Origin: Patescibacteria group bacterium
Lineage (GTDB): Bacteria; Patescibacteriota; UBA1384; UBA12157; JAENIV01
Direction: 5' to 3'
NCBI GenBank assembly: GCA_049515915.1
Contig: JBEKTP010000007.1
Location: 2,401-66,400 of the forward strand
Length of the DNA stretch: 64,000 bases
Position 1 is the stretch's first letter; the number at the start of each line of letters is the position of its first letter. The position numbers and the translations under genes are program-made. Of the stretch, positions 40,011 to 50,066 are shown piece by piece. The notes under the pieces were generated by a model. That model worked only from the letters and a program-made list of their open reading frames with translations, was not told where the DNA came from and ran no database searches.

Positions 40011-41080
40011 AAGTTCTTTCGGTTATCTTGAATCTTTTGAATTTTAGAAAAGCTAATATACTTATTTTCCAAATCTCTCAAGATCACGCCAGGCTTATAA
40101 GACATTTTCTCGATTTTTTCTTTGAGCAAATGTTTTCTGATCAGAGTTTCTGGTTCATTATACCCGCAGAGGGCACGCATTGAAGTCGTCCCTGAAAACC
40201 GCGGGTTGATTTCAAAAACATAGATGTCTTCTCCGTCTTTTCGGCATTGAATATTGAGCGGACCAGTTGAACCCAAAGCACTGGCCACCTTCTCACAAAA
40301 CGCGCGAATCTCAGGATAATCATCGGCCGTACCTTGAGAAATGCCGGTCGAAATGGTGTAGGTAGCGTCTTTACGATAATCCTTGACCGCTTGTTTGATC
40401 GAAAGTGCGCCTTTAACCAGGCGTTTCAAAGCAAAAGAGCCCAAAAACTGGCCTTTGAGCGAATGTAAAACGCCAACCGTATATTCCTCTTCAGGCGAAC
40501 CGATATATTCTTGAATAATGACCGAGACATCTTGTTTTATCAAATACTCGATAAAAAATCTGAGTTCCTTCGGATTTTGGGCAATAAATACTCCCCGGGA
40601 GCCGCCACTACCAATATAAGGTTTGGCGACGACAGGAAATTTAAGACCTTTTCTGATATCGCTCTTATCTTTGGGGATATAGGTTTGGGGAATCTTGAAA
40701 CCCTGTTTTTTCAGAAATAGAAAAGTTTGCCATTTGTCGAGACAGGTTGAAATGACCTGATGATTATTAACTAGTGGTAAAATTCCCTCTCTTTCAAATT
40801 CGGTCCTTTTTTCGGAAATAACCAGGAGCTCGGCTTCCGAACCAGGAATTAAAATTTTAGCCTTTTCTTTTTTGCAAATATCCAAAAGAATTAAAATGTA
40901 ACTCGGATCGGAGACTTTTGGCACAAGATAGGCCTTATCAACAGCGTACAAACCCAGACTCAAGGGTGAAATATCTGTACCGATCATTCGGTATTGTTTG
41001 CGACCAAGCTTCAGCGCCTTCATGCACTGTCGACCAACCCCACCGCCGCTAACACCGGTAATGACCACTGGTATTTTCAT
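40007..41080 (-). CDS. ATP-grasp family ligase
   Basis: Gly-rich N-terminus and a YVFEINPRFSGTT ATP-grasp C-domain motif. Confidence 0.7.
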   Translation of the reverse strand: MKIPVVITGVSGGGVGRQCMKALKLGRKQYRMIGTDISPLSLGLYAVDKAYLVPKVSDPSYILILLDICKKEKAKILIPGSEAELLVISEKRTEFEREGILPLVNNHQVISTCLDKWQTFLFLKKQGFKIPQTYIPKDKSDIRKGLKFPVVAKPYIGSGGSRGVFIAQNPKELRFFIEYLIKQDVSVIIQEYIGSPEEEYTVGVLHSLKGQFLGSFALKRLVKGALSIKQAVKDYRKDATYTISTGISQGTADDYPEIRAFCEKVASALGSTGPLNIQCRKDGEDIYVFEINPRFSGTTSMRALCGYNEPETLIRKHLLKEKIEKMSYKPGVILRDLENKYISFSKIQKIQDNRKNL

Positions 41081-41081
41081 C

Positions 41082-41747
41082 TTAACCTCTTTTTAGGATG
41101 TCAATTAATTCGTCACTTAGCCCGTAATTTTTAACTGCCTCAATGACCGGCCTTTGATCGTAGGCAACTCTGATAATATCTACTTTTCTGGTTTTTGTGT
41201 TAAAAATAGCGGCCGAAGCTAAAGGGTTATTGTCTCGCGGCTGCCCGCATGAACCAGGGTTAATCACCATCTTTTCGCCTACTTTTTTAACCAGTGGATA
41301 ATGGGTGTGGCCTAAGATAATCACATCTGCGTTAACCTCATTAAATTTCTCAAATCCTGAAAAATCCGGATAAACCCGTTCGCTAGTGTTCCAAGGACTC
41401 TCGTGATCGATCTCGATTTTTATACCATCAAGCTCGACCCTGAGATATGGCTTAGTTTTCTTCAGCCAAGCAAGATTTTCCTTCGAAATAATTTCCCGAG
41501 CTACTTTAAGAGAATCGTTAATCACCTTGGAAGCCATTTCTTCTTCGCCCAAGAAGGTCCGATCATGATTACCTTTGATAAAAATCACTCGGTGTTTCTT
41601 TAATTCCTCAAAAACCTCGTTGACAAATGGATAGTAACCGACAATATCACCCGCGCAAAGGATTACGTCAACGTCTTTTAACTTCTCCAAAACAGCCCGC
41701 AGGCCATAAACATTGCCATGAATGTCGGAAATAATCCCTATTTTCAT
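41082..41747 (-). CDS. calcineurin-like metallophosphoesterase (YfcE-like)
   Basis: GIISDIHGN...GDIVGY...GNHD...GHTH motifs. Confidence 0.75.
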   Translation of the reverse strand: MKIGIISDIHGNVYGLRAVLEKLKDVDVILCAGDIVGYYPFVNEVFEELKKHRVIFIKGNHDRTFLGEEEMASKVINDSLKVAREIISKENLAWLKKTKPYLRVELDGIKIEIDHESPWNTSERVYPDFSGFEKFNEVNADVIILGHTHYPLVKKVGEKMVINPGSCGQPRDNNPLASAAIFNTKTRKVDIIRVAYDQRPVIEAVKNYGLSDELIDILKRG

Positions 41748-42643
41748 TTTCTCACCAAATATTTTAGATATTCTCTAATACCTTTCTCAACGTCATATTT
41801 CGGCTTAAATTTAAGGATTTTCTTGGCTTTTTTAATATTAACTCTGAGCCGATAATTTTCTTGATTATCCACTCCTTTGAAAATAATTTTTGATTGACTC
41901 TCAGGAGAGTTGGCCAAAATCGTCTTTGCTAATTCCAGAGAAGAAACCGATTGCCCGCTGCCGAGATTAAAAATATTCGATTGCTTGCTTTTTATAGCCA
42001 GCAGAAAAGCGTCGGTCAGATCATCAATGTAGATAAAATCCTGGGCCCTTTTGCCTTGACCAAAAACTATTAAATCCTTCGATTCAAGAGCATTTTCTAA
42101 AAAAATATTTATAACTGTTTTTAATCTTTGGCCAGGACCATAAGGAGCGGTGATCCGAAAACCAACAAAAATTTTGCCCGTTGCCTGGGCATATTGACTA
42201 GCAAGCATTTCACTAAATAGTTTACTTAACGAATAAAAATTACTTGGGTGAGTAGGATGAGTTTCGTCGACACTTTTAAAAAGTGGCTGGCCGATAACAG
42301 AAATACTGGAAGCATAAATAAATAGTTTTGCACTTGAAAGGCTGAAAGCATCTAGAAGATTTGAAGTACCTAGGAAGTTGTCGTCAAAAATCTTTTTTTC
42401 CTCAAGCGAACCGCTGAATTTTAGCGGTACGGCGGCCGCTAAGTGAATCACCGCGTCAAATTTATGGCGGCCAAAAAAATCCTGAACTTTTTTACCGCTC
42501 TTCAGATCCAAGGCATGAATTTTTAAGCCGGCGATTTTATCTTGCTTAAGGGCCAAACCAGTTACCTGATGACCTTTGTTTTTCAACTTTAAAAAAAGGT
42601 TTGAGCCAATAAATCCGGTTGCACCAGTTAGTAAAATCCTCAT
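41744..42643 (-). CDS. NAD-dependent epimerase/dehydratase (SDR)
   Basis: ILLTGATGFIGSNL Rossmann motif and YSLSKL (YxxxK). Confidence 0.75.
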   Translation of the reverse strand: MRILLTGATGFIGSNLFLKLKNKGHQVTGLALKQDKIAGLKIHALDLKSGKKVQDFFGRHKFDAVIHLAAAVPLKFSGSLEEKKIFDDNFLGTSNLLDAFSLSSAKLFIYASSISVIGQPLFKSVDETHPTHPSNFYSLSKLFSEMLASQYAQATGKIFVGFRITAPYGPGQRLKTVINIFLENALESKDLIVFGQGKRAQDFIYIDDLTDAFLLAIKSKQSNIFNLGSGQSVSSLELAKTILANSPESQSKIIFKGVDNQENYRLRVNIKKAKKILKFKPKYDVEKGIREYLKYLVRK

Positions 42644-43494
42644 TTTTGAGCTTCAATTCTAAAATACTTAAAAGGGTTCCGGGTCAATGGCAAAGCTAAT
42701 CTTAAGTGATCCTCCATATAAAGACCGATTTTAGGGTTCAGGTCGTGTATGACCTTGCCTTCCTGCCAGAACCAATTGTAGATCAAGTCCACTTTCTTAA
42801 AACCGGCCTTAAAAAACAACTCTTTGATTTCTTCTTCTTTAAAGCCGCCTTCATGACCGGCCACATATTCGGCGTCTCTAACTGTTTCGCTATCCAAACC
42901 TTCTGTTAAATCCCCAATTACCTTGGTCATGTGGCAGATAGCGTCGACGTCAACTTTAAAAAGAGATGAAAGATCTTTCTGATTTTCCTTGGCAATATTG
43001 CTAACAGCCAACCTGTAATAATAATTTGGATCCAAATCGGAGTAAAAAATTCCCCCTTTCTTCAACACTCGGTATGATTCCTTAATTGTTGTCAGAGGAC
43101 TGGACAAATGATGAAGAAAAGTATAACCAGTCACGACGTCGAAGGATTTATCGGAAAAAGGCATTTTATCAGTGCTAGTTTCAATTAATTTGATTTTGTG
43201 GCCTAATTTTTTTCTTCGAAATTTCTTTTCCGCCACTTCAAGCATCGCCGGGGTGATATCTACCCCAACCAGTTCTTTAAAATACGGCGCCGCTAATTCC
43301 AGAATAAAACCAGTACCACAACCGAGATCTAATAAGCTTTGGCCGCTGGTGTTATCAGCAAATCGTTTGAGGAGTTTCTTAACCTTAGCCTGGTTCTCCG
43401 GTCGAAAATGAGGTTGCGATTTCTCGTAAATCTTCACTAACTTAGTGTGATAATCAATATTCGCTTCAATATTTCTGGGGCTTTGTCGGGTCAT
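42640..43494 (-). CDS. class I SAM-dependent methyltransferase
   Basis: LLDLGCGTGF motif I. I chose the start at the internal ATG (MTRQSP), giving a 4-nt overlap with the upstream gene. The track ORF extends to 43539. Confidence 0.7.
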   Translation of the reverse strand: MTRQSPRNIEANIDYHTKLVKIYEKSQPHFRPENQAKVKKLLKRFADNTSGQSLLDLGCGTGFILELAAPYFKELVGVDITPAMLEVAEKKFRRKKLGHKIKLIETSTDKMPFSDKSFDVVTGYTFLHHLSSPLTTIKESYRVLKKGGIFYSDLDPNYYYRLAVSNIAKENQKDLSSLFKVDVDAICHMTKVIGDLTEGLDSETVRDAEYVAGHEGGFKEEEIKELFFKAGFKKVDLIYNWFWQEGKVIHDLNPKIGLYMEDHLRLALPLTRNPFKYFRIEAQK

Positions 43495-44021
43495 TTTACT
43501 CCTCTTTTTTTTAATTTTTTGGCTGGCACGCCGGCCCAAACCTCGAAATCTGGCACGTTTTTGGTCACCACCGCTCCGGCCCCAATTTGGACTCCCTCTC
43601 CGAGAGTGACACCCGGTAAAATGATGGCACCAATGCCGATATCACTGTTTTGAGAAATCTTAACCTCTTTGACCGAAAGCTCCGAATCAATGATCGGTAT
43701 TTTACGATCTTTACCACGATGAGACGAGGTGATAATCTTCACTCCGGCACCAATGCCAACGTTTTTACCAATTTCAATCCCGCCCAAGCCATTAATGAAG
43801 CACTGCGGACCAATCCATGCCCCGGATTTGATCAAGATTTTTCCTCGGTAATTAGCGTCGATAATCGTGTCATAACCGATATAGACGTTATCTTCAATTA
43901 CTATACTTTTAGGATGAAAGACCCTAACCCCTGGCTCAATCACCACATTTTTGCCGATTTTACCAAAGTCTCGGCGCTTAAATTTTCCTGAACCATGGGA
44001 CTTATAGCGGTGTTCGTTCAT
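43491..44021 (-). CDS. hexapeptide-repeat (LbH) acetyltransferase
   Basis: Repeats [29 protein letters not shown]. Confidence 0.8.
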   Translation of the reverse strand: MNEHRYKSHGSGKFKRRDFGKIGKNVVIEPGVRVFHPKSIVIEDNVYIGYDTIIDANYRGKILIKSGAWIGPQCFINGLGGIEIGKNVGIGAGVKIITSSHRGKDRKIPIIDSELSVKEVKISQNSDIGIGAIILPGVTLGEGVQIGAGAVVTKNVPDFEVWAGVPAKKLKKRGVK

Positions 44022-45094
44022 TTTCTTCTCTTTTCGTTATAGCTTCGGAGGGAGCTAACGTCAAGATTACGGAGTATTTTTTTCACAATCTTTTGGCCAT
44101 CATGGTAATTTTCAATAAACCGGCGGCCTTTTTTGGCCTGAGCCAGACGTTCTTCGGGCTTCATCTTGAGCACCATCTTTAGTTTCTCATAGATATTTTT
44201 GGAATCAACGTTGATCATTGGTGGATTAAGGTGTTTTTTTCTTATCACCTCCGGATTGAGGTAGCCTAAAACAACTTTGCCAAAAGCAAGTGACTCGGCC
44301 GCAAAGACACCGTACCAGCCACCATATAAGCTGTCGACCACAATATCGGCCCGCTCTAATTCCTCAAGGATGACATGGTGAGGTTTTTTCTCCATGATTT
44401 TAAATTGAAAACGGAAGCCCTCTTTTTTAAGACGTAAAACCGCTTTTTGGAGGTGTTTTGTTCCTTTTATCCCCTGATCTGAGGGCGCGTGAAGCACAAT
44501 CGGTTCGGAGTGAGTGGCGTAGCTGGGACGGTATTGATTAAGATTAAAAGGAATCCACAAATTGCCGTATTGGGCTTTGCCTAAGAGCTCAGCATAATCC
44601 TCTTGAGCTAAAATCAAATCAGCATACTTTTGCGCCCCCAGAGCGACCTGTTTTTTTAAACAGTTGTCACACTTAATTTGACAGCCCTGGCAACAGTAAT
44701 GCTGGCTGTGACGATAACGGATATCACAACCGACAAAGGTCATGACGATCTTTTTATTAAATAATTTCAGAATTGGTAAATCTAAATTAGTAAAATAGCG
44801 GTTTTTAAAGAGCCAAAAGGTGTCCCCAAAAAGAAAAATAAAAACATCATAAGTAAAAAGTGATTTAATAAAATATCCTAACAAATATATTGGTCTTAAA
44901 ATTTTTGGCTTTTGATCTAAATTAAGCGAAAAATCATTCGAGTTTCCCTTTTCATATCCGAAACTGTGCGGCCAGTAGGTCACACAGGAAGCTTGATAAC
45001 CCAGCGATCGTAAGATGCTGGCGTAACTGGTGCCAATTCCTGCCGGGTTGCTCAAGCCGATGAAGAATCTTAGCTTTCGCTTGTTTTTTCTCAT
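44018..45094 (-). CDS. uncharacterized GT-B-like protein with Cys cluster (paralog of 28120-29157)
   Basis: Shares the C-terminal block HAPSDQGIKGTKHLQKAVLRLK...RADIVVDSL...GKVVLGYL with the 28120 gene. It has a unique HYCCQGCQIKCDNC motif. Start set at MRKNKRK. Confidence 0.4.
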   Translation of the reverse strand: MRKNKRKLRFFIGLSNPAGIGTSYASILRSLGYQASCVTYWPHSFGYEKGNSNDFSLNLDQKPKILRPIYLLGYFIKSLFTYDVFIFLFGDTFWLFKNRYFTNLDLPILKLFNKKIVMTFVGCDIRYRHSQHYCCQGCQIKCDNCLKKQVALGAQKYADLILAQEDYAELLGKAQYGNLWIPFNLNQYRPSYATHSEPIVLHAPSDQGIKGTKHLQKAVLRLKKEGFRFQFKIMEKKPHHVILEELERADIVVDSLYGGWYGVFAAESLAFGKVVLGYLNPEVIRKKHLNPPMINVDSKNIYEKLKMVLKMKPEERLAQAKKGRRFIENYHDGQKIVKKILRNLDVSSLRSYNEKRRK

Positions 45095-46134
45095 AGGTCC
45101 TGACAAATCGGGTTCTTTAAAGCCGCTTTTTTTACCCTCTGAAAATCATCATAATTATCCCTGGCTCGCCGCATCTCTTCCCCTACCTTTAGACCTGCGG
45201 CTAGGTATTCGATCACCGCTTTCGGCCCTAAGTCAGCCATTGTTTGGCCCATATGACGGGCGCCAACATAGTGTTTGGGATAATAATCGATGTTTGCCGC
45301 CGAAAGTTGCTCGGTTTCAACCTCACCGGCAAACTGAATAATCTTAGCCTCGGGATGGTTCTTTTTAAGCGCTGCTATATCGATGATTCCGCCCCTACCA
45401 ACAAGGGTTTTATCCGAAGTCACATCGGCCATAATAATCCCGTCGACCCTCGTCCAACCCAATTTGGCTAAATCAAAAGGCGCTTTAGATCCAAATAATT
45501 TAGTCTTAGCGCCCAGACTGATCAAAACCTCTTTGAGTTTTGGGCCAAAATTATCACTGGAAATAATCAAGAAATTATTGCCCCAAACCTCTAAACCAGC
45601 CTCAAAAATCATTTTCACCACTAACGGTTTAACATAATCGAAAATCCCGGCTGCTGATTCATTTGTGCCCATGACCATAATCCCTTTTGCTTTGGCCGCC
45701 TCTAAATCTAAATCGCTCGGACGAAATTCCCAAGATTCGTACATCAACGCGATCACGGCTACCTCTTTCATCGCCTCAATAAATTTCTTATCGAGCGGCC
45801 TGAGGGAACTGGAGTTAGTTACGATATCGGCTTCGGATATGATGCCATTACTCAATCGCGTAATCACCTCAATTTGCTCAGTCTGATATAGTCGACTGAT
45901 CTTTCCGATCACACGTTTGGCCTGAGCCGCTGTCGCATATCGAGAGCTCTTGGCATAGGCGATAACCCTTTTGGCCCCGGCTTTGGCGGCGATGATCGGC
46001 CCCAAAGAGTAATAACCGGTGGCCGCTTCAGTTAAAACTGTCAACCCTTTTAGATTGAGCTTAAAGGTCGCAATAGTTTCTTCGATGAGCTTTTTAATCC
46101 GCAAGTCCGTATTATTTAAAACATTCTTAGGCAT
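45091..46134 (-). CDS. hypothetical two-domain alpha/beta protein (possible Rossmann-like; family not recognised)
   Basis: 347 aa soluble protein. Co-directional and overlapping with neighbours in the sugar-tailoring operon. Confidence 0.3.
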   Translation of the reverse strand: MPKNVLNNTDLRIKKLIEETIATFKLNLKGLTVLTEAATGYYSLGPIIAAKAGAKRVIAYAKSSRYATAAQAKRVIGKISRLYQTEQIEVITRLSNGIISEADIVTNSSSLRPLDKKFIEAMKEVAVIALMYESWEFRPSDLDLEAAKAKGIMVMGTNESAAGIFDYVKPLVVKMIFEAGLEVWGNNFLIISSDNFGPKLKEVLISLGAKTKLFGSKAPFDLAKLGWTRVDGIIMADVTSDKTLVGRGGIIDIAALKKNHPEAKIIQFAGEVETEQLSAANIDYYPKHYVGARHMGQTMADLGPKAVIEYLAAGLKVGEEMRRARDNYDDFQRVKKAALKNPICQDL

Positions 46135-47245
46135 TTAAAGTGTCTTTCAGAGCTTGAGCGATTAAAGAAAGTTCTCGGTCGGTTAAGCCCTCAAAGAGCG
46201 GTAAGGTCAAAGTGTGATGATAGGCATAATCAGAATTTTTCAAATCGCCTGGGCGATAGCCGAACCGACTAAACGCTGGTTCACGGTGCAAGGCATAAGT
46301 GCCGATGGTAGTTTCGATGTTTTTTACCCTCATCAACTCGATAATTTTATCCCGATTGACTTTTTCCGGCAAAACTATCACAAACGACTGGAAATTAAAA
46401 TCGACGTCTTTTGGCTCGGCTGGCAACTTCAGATCTGGAATTTTCGAAAGAAGCTTGATCAACTTCCGGGCCACTTTCTGGCGCGCTTTAACGATTTTGC
46501 CTAAGTTCTCCAACTGGGGCATGCCCATGGCCGCCTGAATTTCACTTAAACGATAATTGTAGCCGGCCTCGACAAAGCTCAATCCTTTATCCGTCACCAC
46601 CGAGCCATGGTTTTTCAAAATCTCAATTTTTTGGGCGATTTTCTTCGAGTCAGTTACGATTGCCCCGCCTTCACCAGTGGTAACCACTTTCCTCGGGTGA
46701 AAACTGAAACAACCGATATCCCCCCAAGCCCCCAGATATTTGTCATGATATTTTGTGCCAATGGCGCAGGCGGCATCCTCGATTAGAAGTAGCTTATGTT
46801 TCTTGGCGATTTTCAGGATTTTTTCCATTGGCGCCGGATAGCCAAAAGCATGAACCACGATAATCGCCTTTGATTTCTTGGTGATCTTTTTTTCTAGATC
46901 ATCCGGATCCATACAAAAAGTCTTTAAATCAACATCAACAAAAACTGGTTTGGCTCCGACGTGGACCACCACATTCCCGGTGGCCGGGAAACTAAAATCC
47001 GAAACTAGCACCTCGTCACCGGCCTTGACGCCACCGGCCACCAAAGTCAGATGCAAAGCAGTAGTACAAGAAGTCACCCCGTAGGCATATTTTTTGCCCA
47101 AGATTTTCGCTAATTTCTCTTCAAAGGCATGAAGATATTTGCCTTTAGTTAACATGCCGGTTTTGGCAATGTCTTTGAGCGCTAAGCGGACTCTCTTTTC
47201 GTCAATTTTTGGCCGAATTAGTGGAATTTTTTTCATACCATTCAA
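46127..47245 (-). CDS. DegT/DnrJ/EryC1/StrS PLP-dependent sugar aminotransferase
   Basis: YAYGVTSCTTALHLTLVAGGVKAGDEV...DFSFPATGN motifs. Confidence 0.85.
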   Translation of the reverse strand: MNGMKKIPLIRPKIDEKRVRLALKDIAKTGMLTKGKYLHAFEEKLAKILGKKYAYGVTSCTTALHLTLVAGGVKAGDEVLVSDFSFPATGNVVVHVGAKPVFVDVDLKTFCMDPDDLEKKITKKSKAIIVVHAFGYPAPMEKILKIAKKHKLLLIEDAACAIGTKYHDKYLGAWGDIGCFSFHPRKVVTTGEGGAIVTDSKKIAQKIEILKNHGSVVTDKGLSFVEAGYNYRLSEIQAAMGMPQLENLGKIVKARQKVARKLIKLLSKIPDLKLPAEPKDVDFNFQSFVIVLPEKVNRDKIIELMRVKNIETTIGTYALHREPAFSRFGYRPGDLKNSDYAYHHTLTLPLFEGLTDRELSLIAQALKDTLNA

Positions 47246-48185
47246 TCGTCTTTCTTATGCCCTCTTTAAAATTAGTCTTTGCCTTAAAACCAATCAATTT
47301 TTTAGCTAACCGAATGTCGGCCAGATGGCGTCGCACATCGGCCTGTCGAGCTGCTTTCTTGAGTATTTTGCCCTCATAATTCATTTCTTTGGCAATGGTT
47401 AAAATTAAATCTTTAATTTTGAGCTCTCTTCCGGTGGCAATATTTAACACTTTGCCTCGAGTGTCTTTGTTTTTATAAATATCGATCATGCCAGAAACCG
47501 TATCGCCAACATAAATAAAATCTCTGGTTTGGCGCCCGTCACCGCAGATCACTGGCGGTTCGCCGGCCAGAATCTTTTTGACCGTGATGGGAATCACCGC
47601 CGCATAAAGTTTCTCGTTTTGCCTGGGACCGTAATTATTGAAGGGACGAACGATCGCCAAATCAAGCTTAAAATTATTAAAGTAAGACATCACCATCAGG
47701 TCAGCGGAAGCCTTGCCGGCGGCATATAAAGTCTCTGGCATCATTGGGTGATCTTCGCCAATCGGCACGTGTCTTGCCGTGCCATAAGCCTCAGAAGAGG
47801 AGCAGTGGATTAAAGTCTGATATTTTTGGTGGCGCAACAGTCTCAAGAGAACGCTGGCCAAATTGACATTAACCATGTAGGCATCGTCGGGATCGACGAA
47901 GGAATACTCGAGGGCCTTGGTCGCCAAATTGAAGACGACTTCAATCTTTTCGCGGTGCAAAATTCTTTCCATCGCCTGATAGTCAGTCGCATCTTGATCG
48001 ATGATTTTAAGATTTTTGTCAAAATTCTCTTTTGCCTCTTTAAGATTCTCTCTCTTGCCCAAGAAAAAATTATCGACCACCACAATTTTGGCCGGTTTTT
48101 CTAAAATCAGGGCGTCAACCAGATGACTGCCAATAAAACCGGCCCCGCCGGTGACTAAAATGTTCTTATTTTTGAGATTCGGCAC
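47202..48185 (-). CDS. NAD-dependent nucleotide-sugar dehydratase/decarboxylase-like SDR
   Basis: ILVTGGAGFIGSH, SSSEAYG and YAAGKA motifs, of the UXS/4,6-dehydratase type. Confidence 0.8.
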   Translation of the reverse strand: MPNLKNKNILVTGGAGFIGSHLVDALILEKPAKIVVVDNFFLGKRENLKEAKENFDKNLKIIDQDATDYQAMERILHREKIEVVFNLATKALEYSFVDPDDAYMVNVNLASVLLRLLRHQKYQTLIHCSSSEAYGTARHVPIGEDHPMMPETLYAAGKASADLMVMSYFNNFKLDLAIVRPFNNYGPRQNEKLYAAVIPITVKKILAGEPPVICGDGRQTRDFIYVGDTVSGMIDIYKNKDTRGKVLNIATGRELKIKDLILTIAKEMNYEGKILKKAARQADVRRHLADIRLAKKLIGFKAKTNFKEGIRKTIEWYEKNSTNSAKN

Positions 48186-49269
48186 AGTTCCTCATCACCC
48201 TTACAATATATTCTAAATCTTTTTGTTTCAACCCCGGATGAACTGGCAAAGACAAAACTTCTTTGGCTAATTTTTCGGCAATGGGCGTCTTTGACCGATA
48301 ACCCATTTGGCGATAAAATTTTTGCTCATTAATCGGTAACGGATAAAAAATCGCCGTGCCAATATCGGCTTCAGTGAGTTTCTTGAGCACTTCATCGCGC
48401 GGTAAACCAAACTCCGGCGTGATTCGAATGGTGTACTGATGAAAAACGTGTTCGGCGTTTTTATCAACGTGCGGCACGATAAGACCAGCAATTTTAGCCA
48501 GTTTTTTCGATAAAAAGGCGGCGTTTTTTTGACGGGCTTTATTGAAACGTGGCAGCTTTTTGAGTTGCTCGATGCCAATGGCCGCGCCAATATCGGTCAG
48601 CCGAAAATTATAACCTAAAATATCGTGGTAATATTTAACCTTTGAGCCGTGGGCGCGAATGAGGCAAGCTTTTTCATAGATTTCTTTCGAATCAGTCGTA
48701 ATCATCCCACCCTCGCCAGTGGTCATGTTCTTGGTCGGATAAAATGAAAATGCGCCTACCCCGAAGGAACCCACTTTTTTTTCTTTCCACCTCGCCCCGT
48801 GCGCTTGACAAGCGTCTTCGATCACCGTCAGCTTGTGCTTTTTGGCCACCGATATAATCTTAGTCATATTGGCACTTTGGCCATAGAGATGAACCGGCAT
48901 AATAGCCCTGGTTTTTTTGGTGATCGACTTCTTGATTTTTTCAGAATCGATATTAAAGGTTACCTCATCAATATCGACAAAAACCGGTCGGGCGCCGGTA
49001 TATAATATGGCGTTAGCGGTGGCAATAAATGTGAGGGGAGCGGTGATCACTTCGTCGCCAGGACCGATGCCGGCGCTCAGTAAAGCCACATGTAAAGCGG
49101 TCGTGCCAGAAGTCGTGGCAATGGCATATCTTACGCCGATAAATTGAGCAAACTTTTCTTCGAACTCGGCCACTTTCGGGCCTTGGGCCAGCATGCCCGA
49201 TTTTAATACCTCGGTGACCGCTTTAATTTCTTCTTGACCAATTTGAGGTTGGGCGATATTTACTTTCAT
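48166..49269 (-). CDS. DegT-family aminotransferase (WbpE-like)
   Basis: YAIATTSGTTALHVALLSAGIGPGDEV motif. Adjacent to LbH and Gfo/Idh/MocA genes. Confidence 0.85.
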   Translation of the reverse strand: MKVNIAQPQIGQEEIKAVTEVLKSGMLAQGPKVAEFEEKFAQFIGVRYAIATTSGTTALHVALLSAGIGPGDEVITAPLTFIATANAILYTGARPVFVDIDEVTFNIDSEKIKKSITKKTRAIMPVHLYGQSANMTKIISVAKKHKLTVIEDACQAHGARWKEKKVGSFGVGAFSFYPTKNMTTGEGGMITTDSKEIYEKACLIRAHGSKVKYYHDILGYNFRLTDIGAAIGIEQLKKLPRFNKARQKNAAFLSKKLAKIAGLIVPHVDKNAEHVFHQYTIRITPEFGLPRDEVLKKLTEADIGTAIFYPLPINEQKFYRQMGYRSKTPIAEKLAKEVLSLPVHPGLKQKDLEYIVRVMRNCAESQK

Positions 49270-49278
49270 AATTTCCTC

Positions 49279-49977
49279 CTATCGAAGCCAAATATGTTTT
49301 TTATTGGAATCATTTCCTAAAAGCTTATAATCTTCCTTGCTAATTTTAATCTCTAGACCGCAACGGCATTTTCCTAAAACGTGATCAGCCTTTTTTTTAA
49401 AAACTTCAACTCGCCGGCCGCACTGACAAACAAAGCCGCGGATTCTGGCCGGATTGCCGAAGACTAAAGCGAAGTCAAGGACATCTTTGGTAATGACCGA
49501 ACCGGACCCCGCCATGGCAAACTGACCAATCGATACTCCCGGCAAGATGACTGAATGGGCGCCAATCGATGCGCCTTTTTTGAGTTTAATGGTCGTCGCT
49601 TCCCAATCATCGGCTAATTTCAGGCTGCCGTTGGGATTGACCGCCCGAGGAATTTTATCATTAGTAAAGCAAACGTTCGGCCCGACAAAAACACCATCCT
49701 CGATGATGGCTGGATGATAAATAAGAGCATGATTCTGAATCTTGACGTTATCGCCAATTACTGAATCACTATCGATGAAAGCCGAGTTACCAATAATACA
49801 ATTTTTACCGATTTTAGCACCCTGCCGAACTTGGGCAAAATGCCAAATCTTGGTCCCATCACCAATTAAAACATCTTTTTCGATAATGGCCGTCGGATGG
49901 ACAAAATAAGAAGATTTTTCTTTTTTTAAAGGCATCTGCTTTTTTTGATTGGTTTTCTTTCTTTTAATAAAAGCCAT
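49279..49977 (-). CDS. LbH N-acetyltransferase (WbpD-like) with C-terminal Cys zinc-ribbon tail
   Basis: Hexapeptide repeats plus a CQCGRRV...CRCG tail. Confidence 0.7.
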   Translation of the reverse strand: MAFIKRKKTNQKKQMPLKKEKSSYFVHPTAIIEKDVLIGDGTKIWHFAQVRQGAKIGKNCIIGNSAFIDSDSVIGDNVKIQNHALIYHPAIIEDGVFVGPNVCFTNDKIPRAVNPNGSLKLADDWEATTIKLKKGASIGAHSVILPGVSIGQFAMAGSGSVITKDVLDFALVFGNPARIRGFVCQCGRRVEVFKKKADHVLGKCRCGLEIKISKEDYKLLGNDSNKKHIWLR

Positions 49978-50066
49978 AATCTAAATCTCAAAACTTAGGA
50001 AGCAAACATTATTAATCGTGTTTTTATTTCTTAATTTTGCATTTTGACTTTTGAATTTTTAATTTT

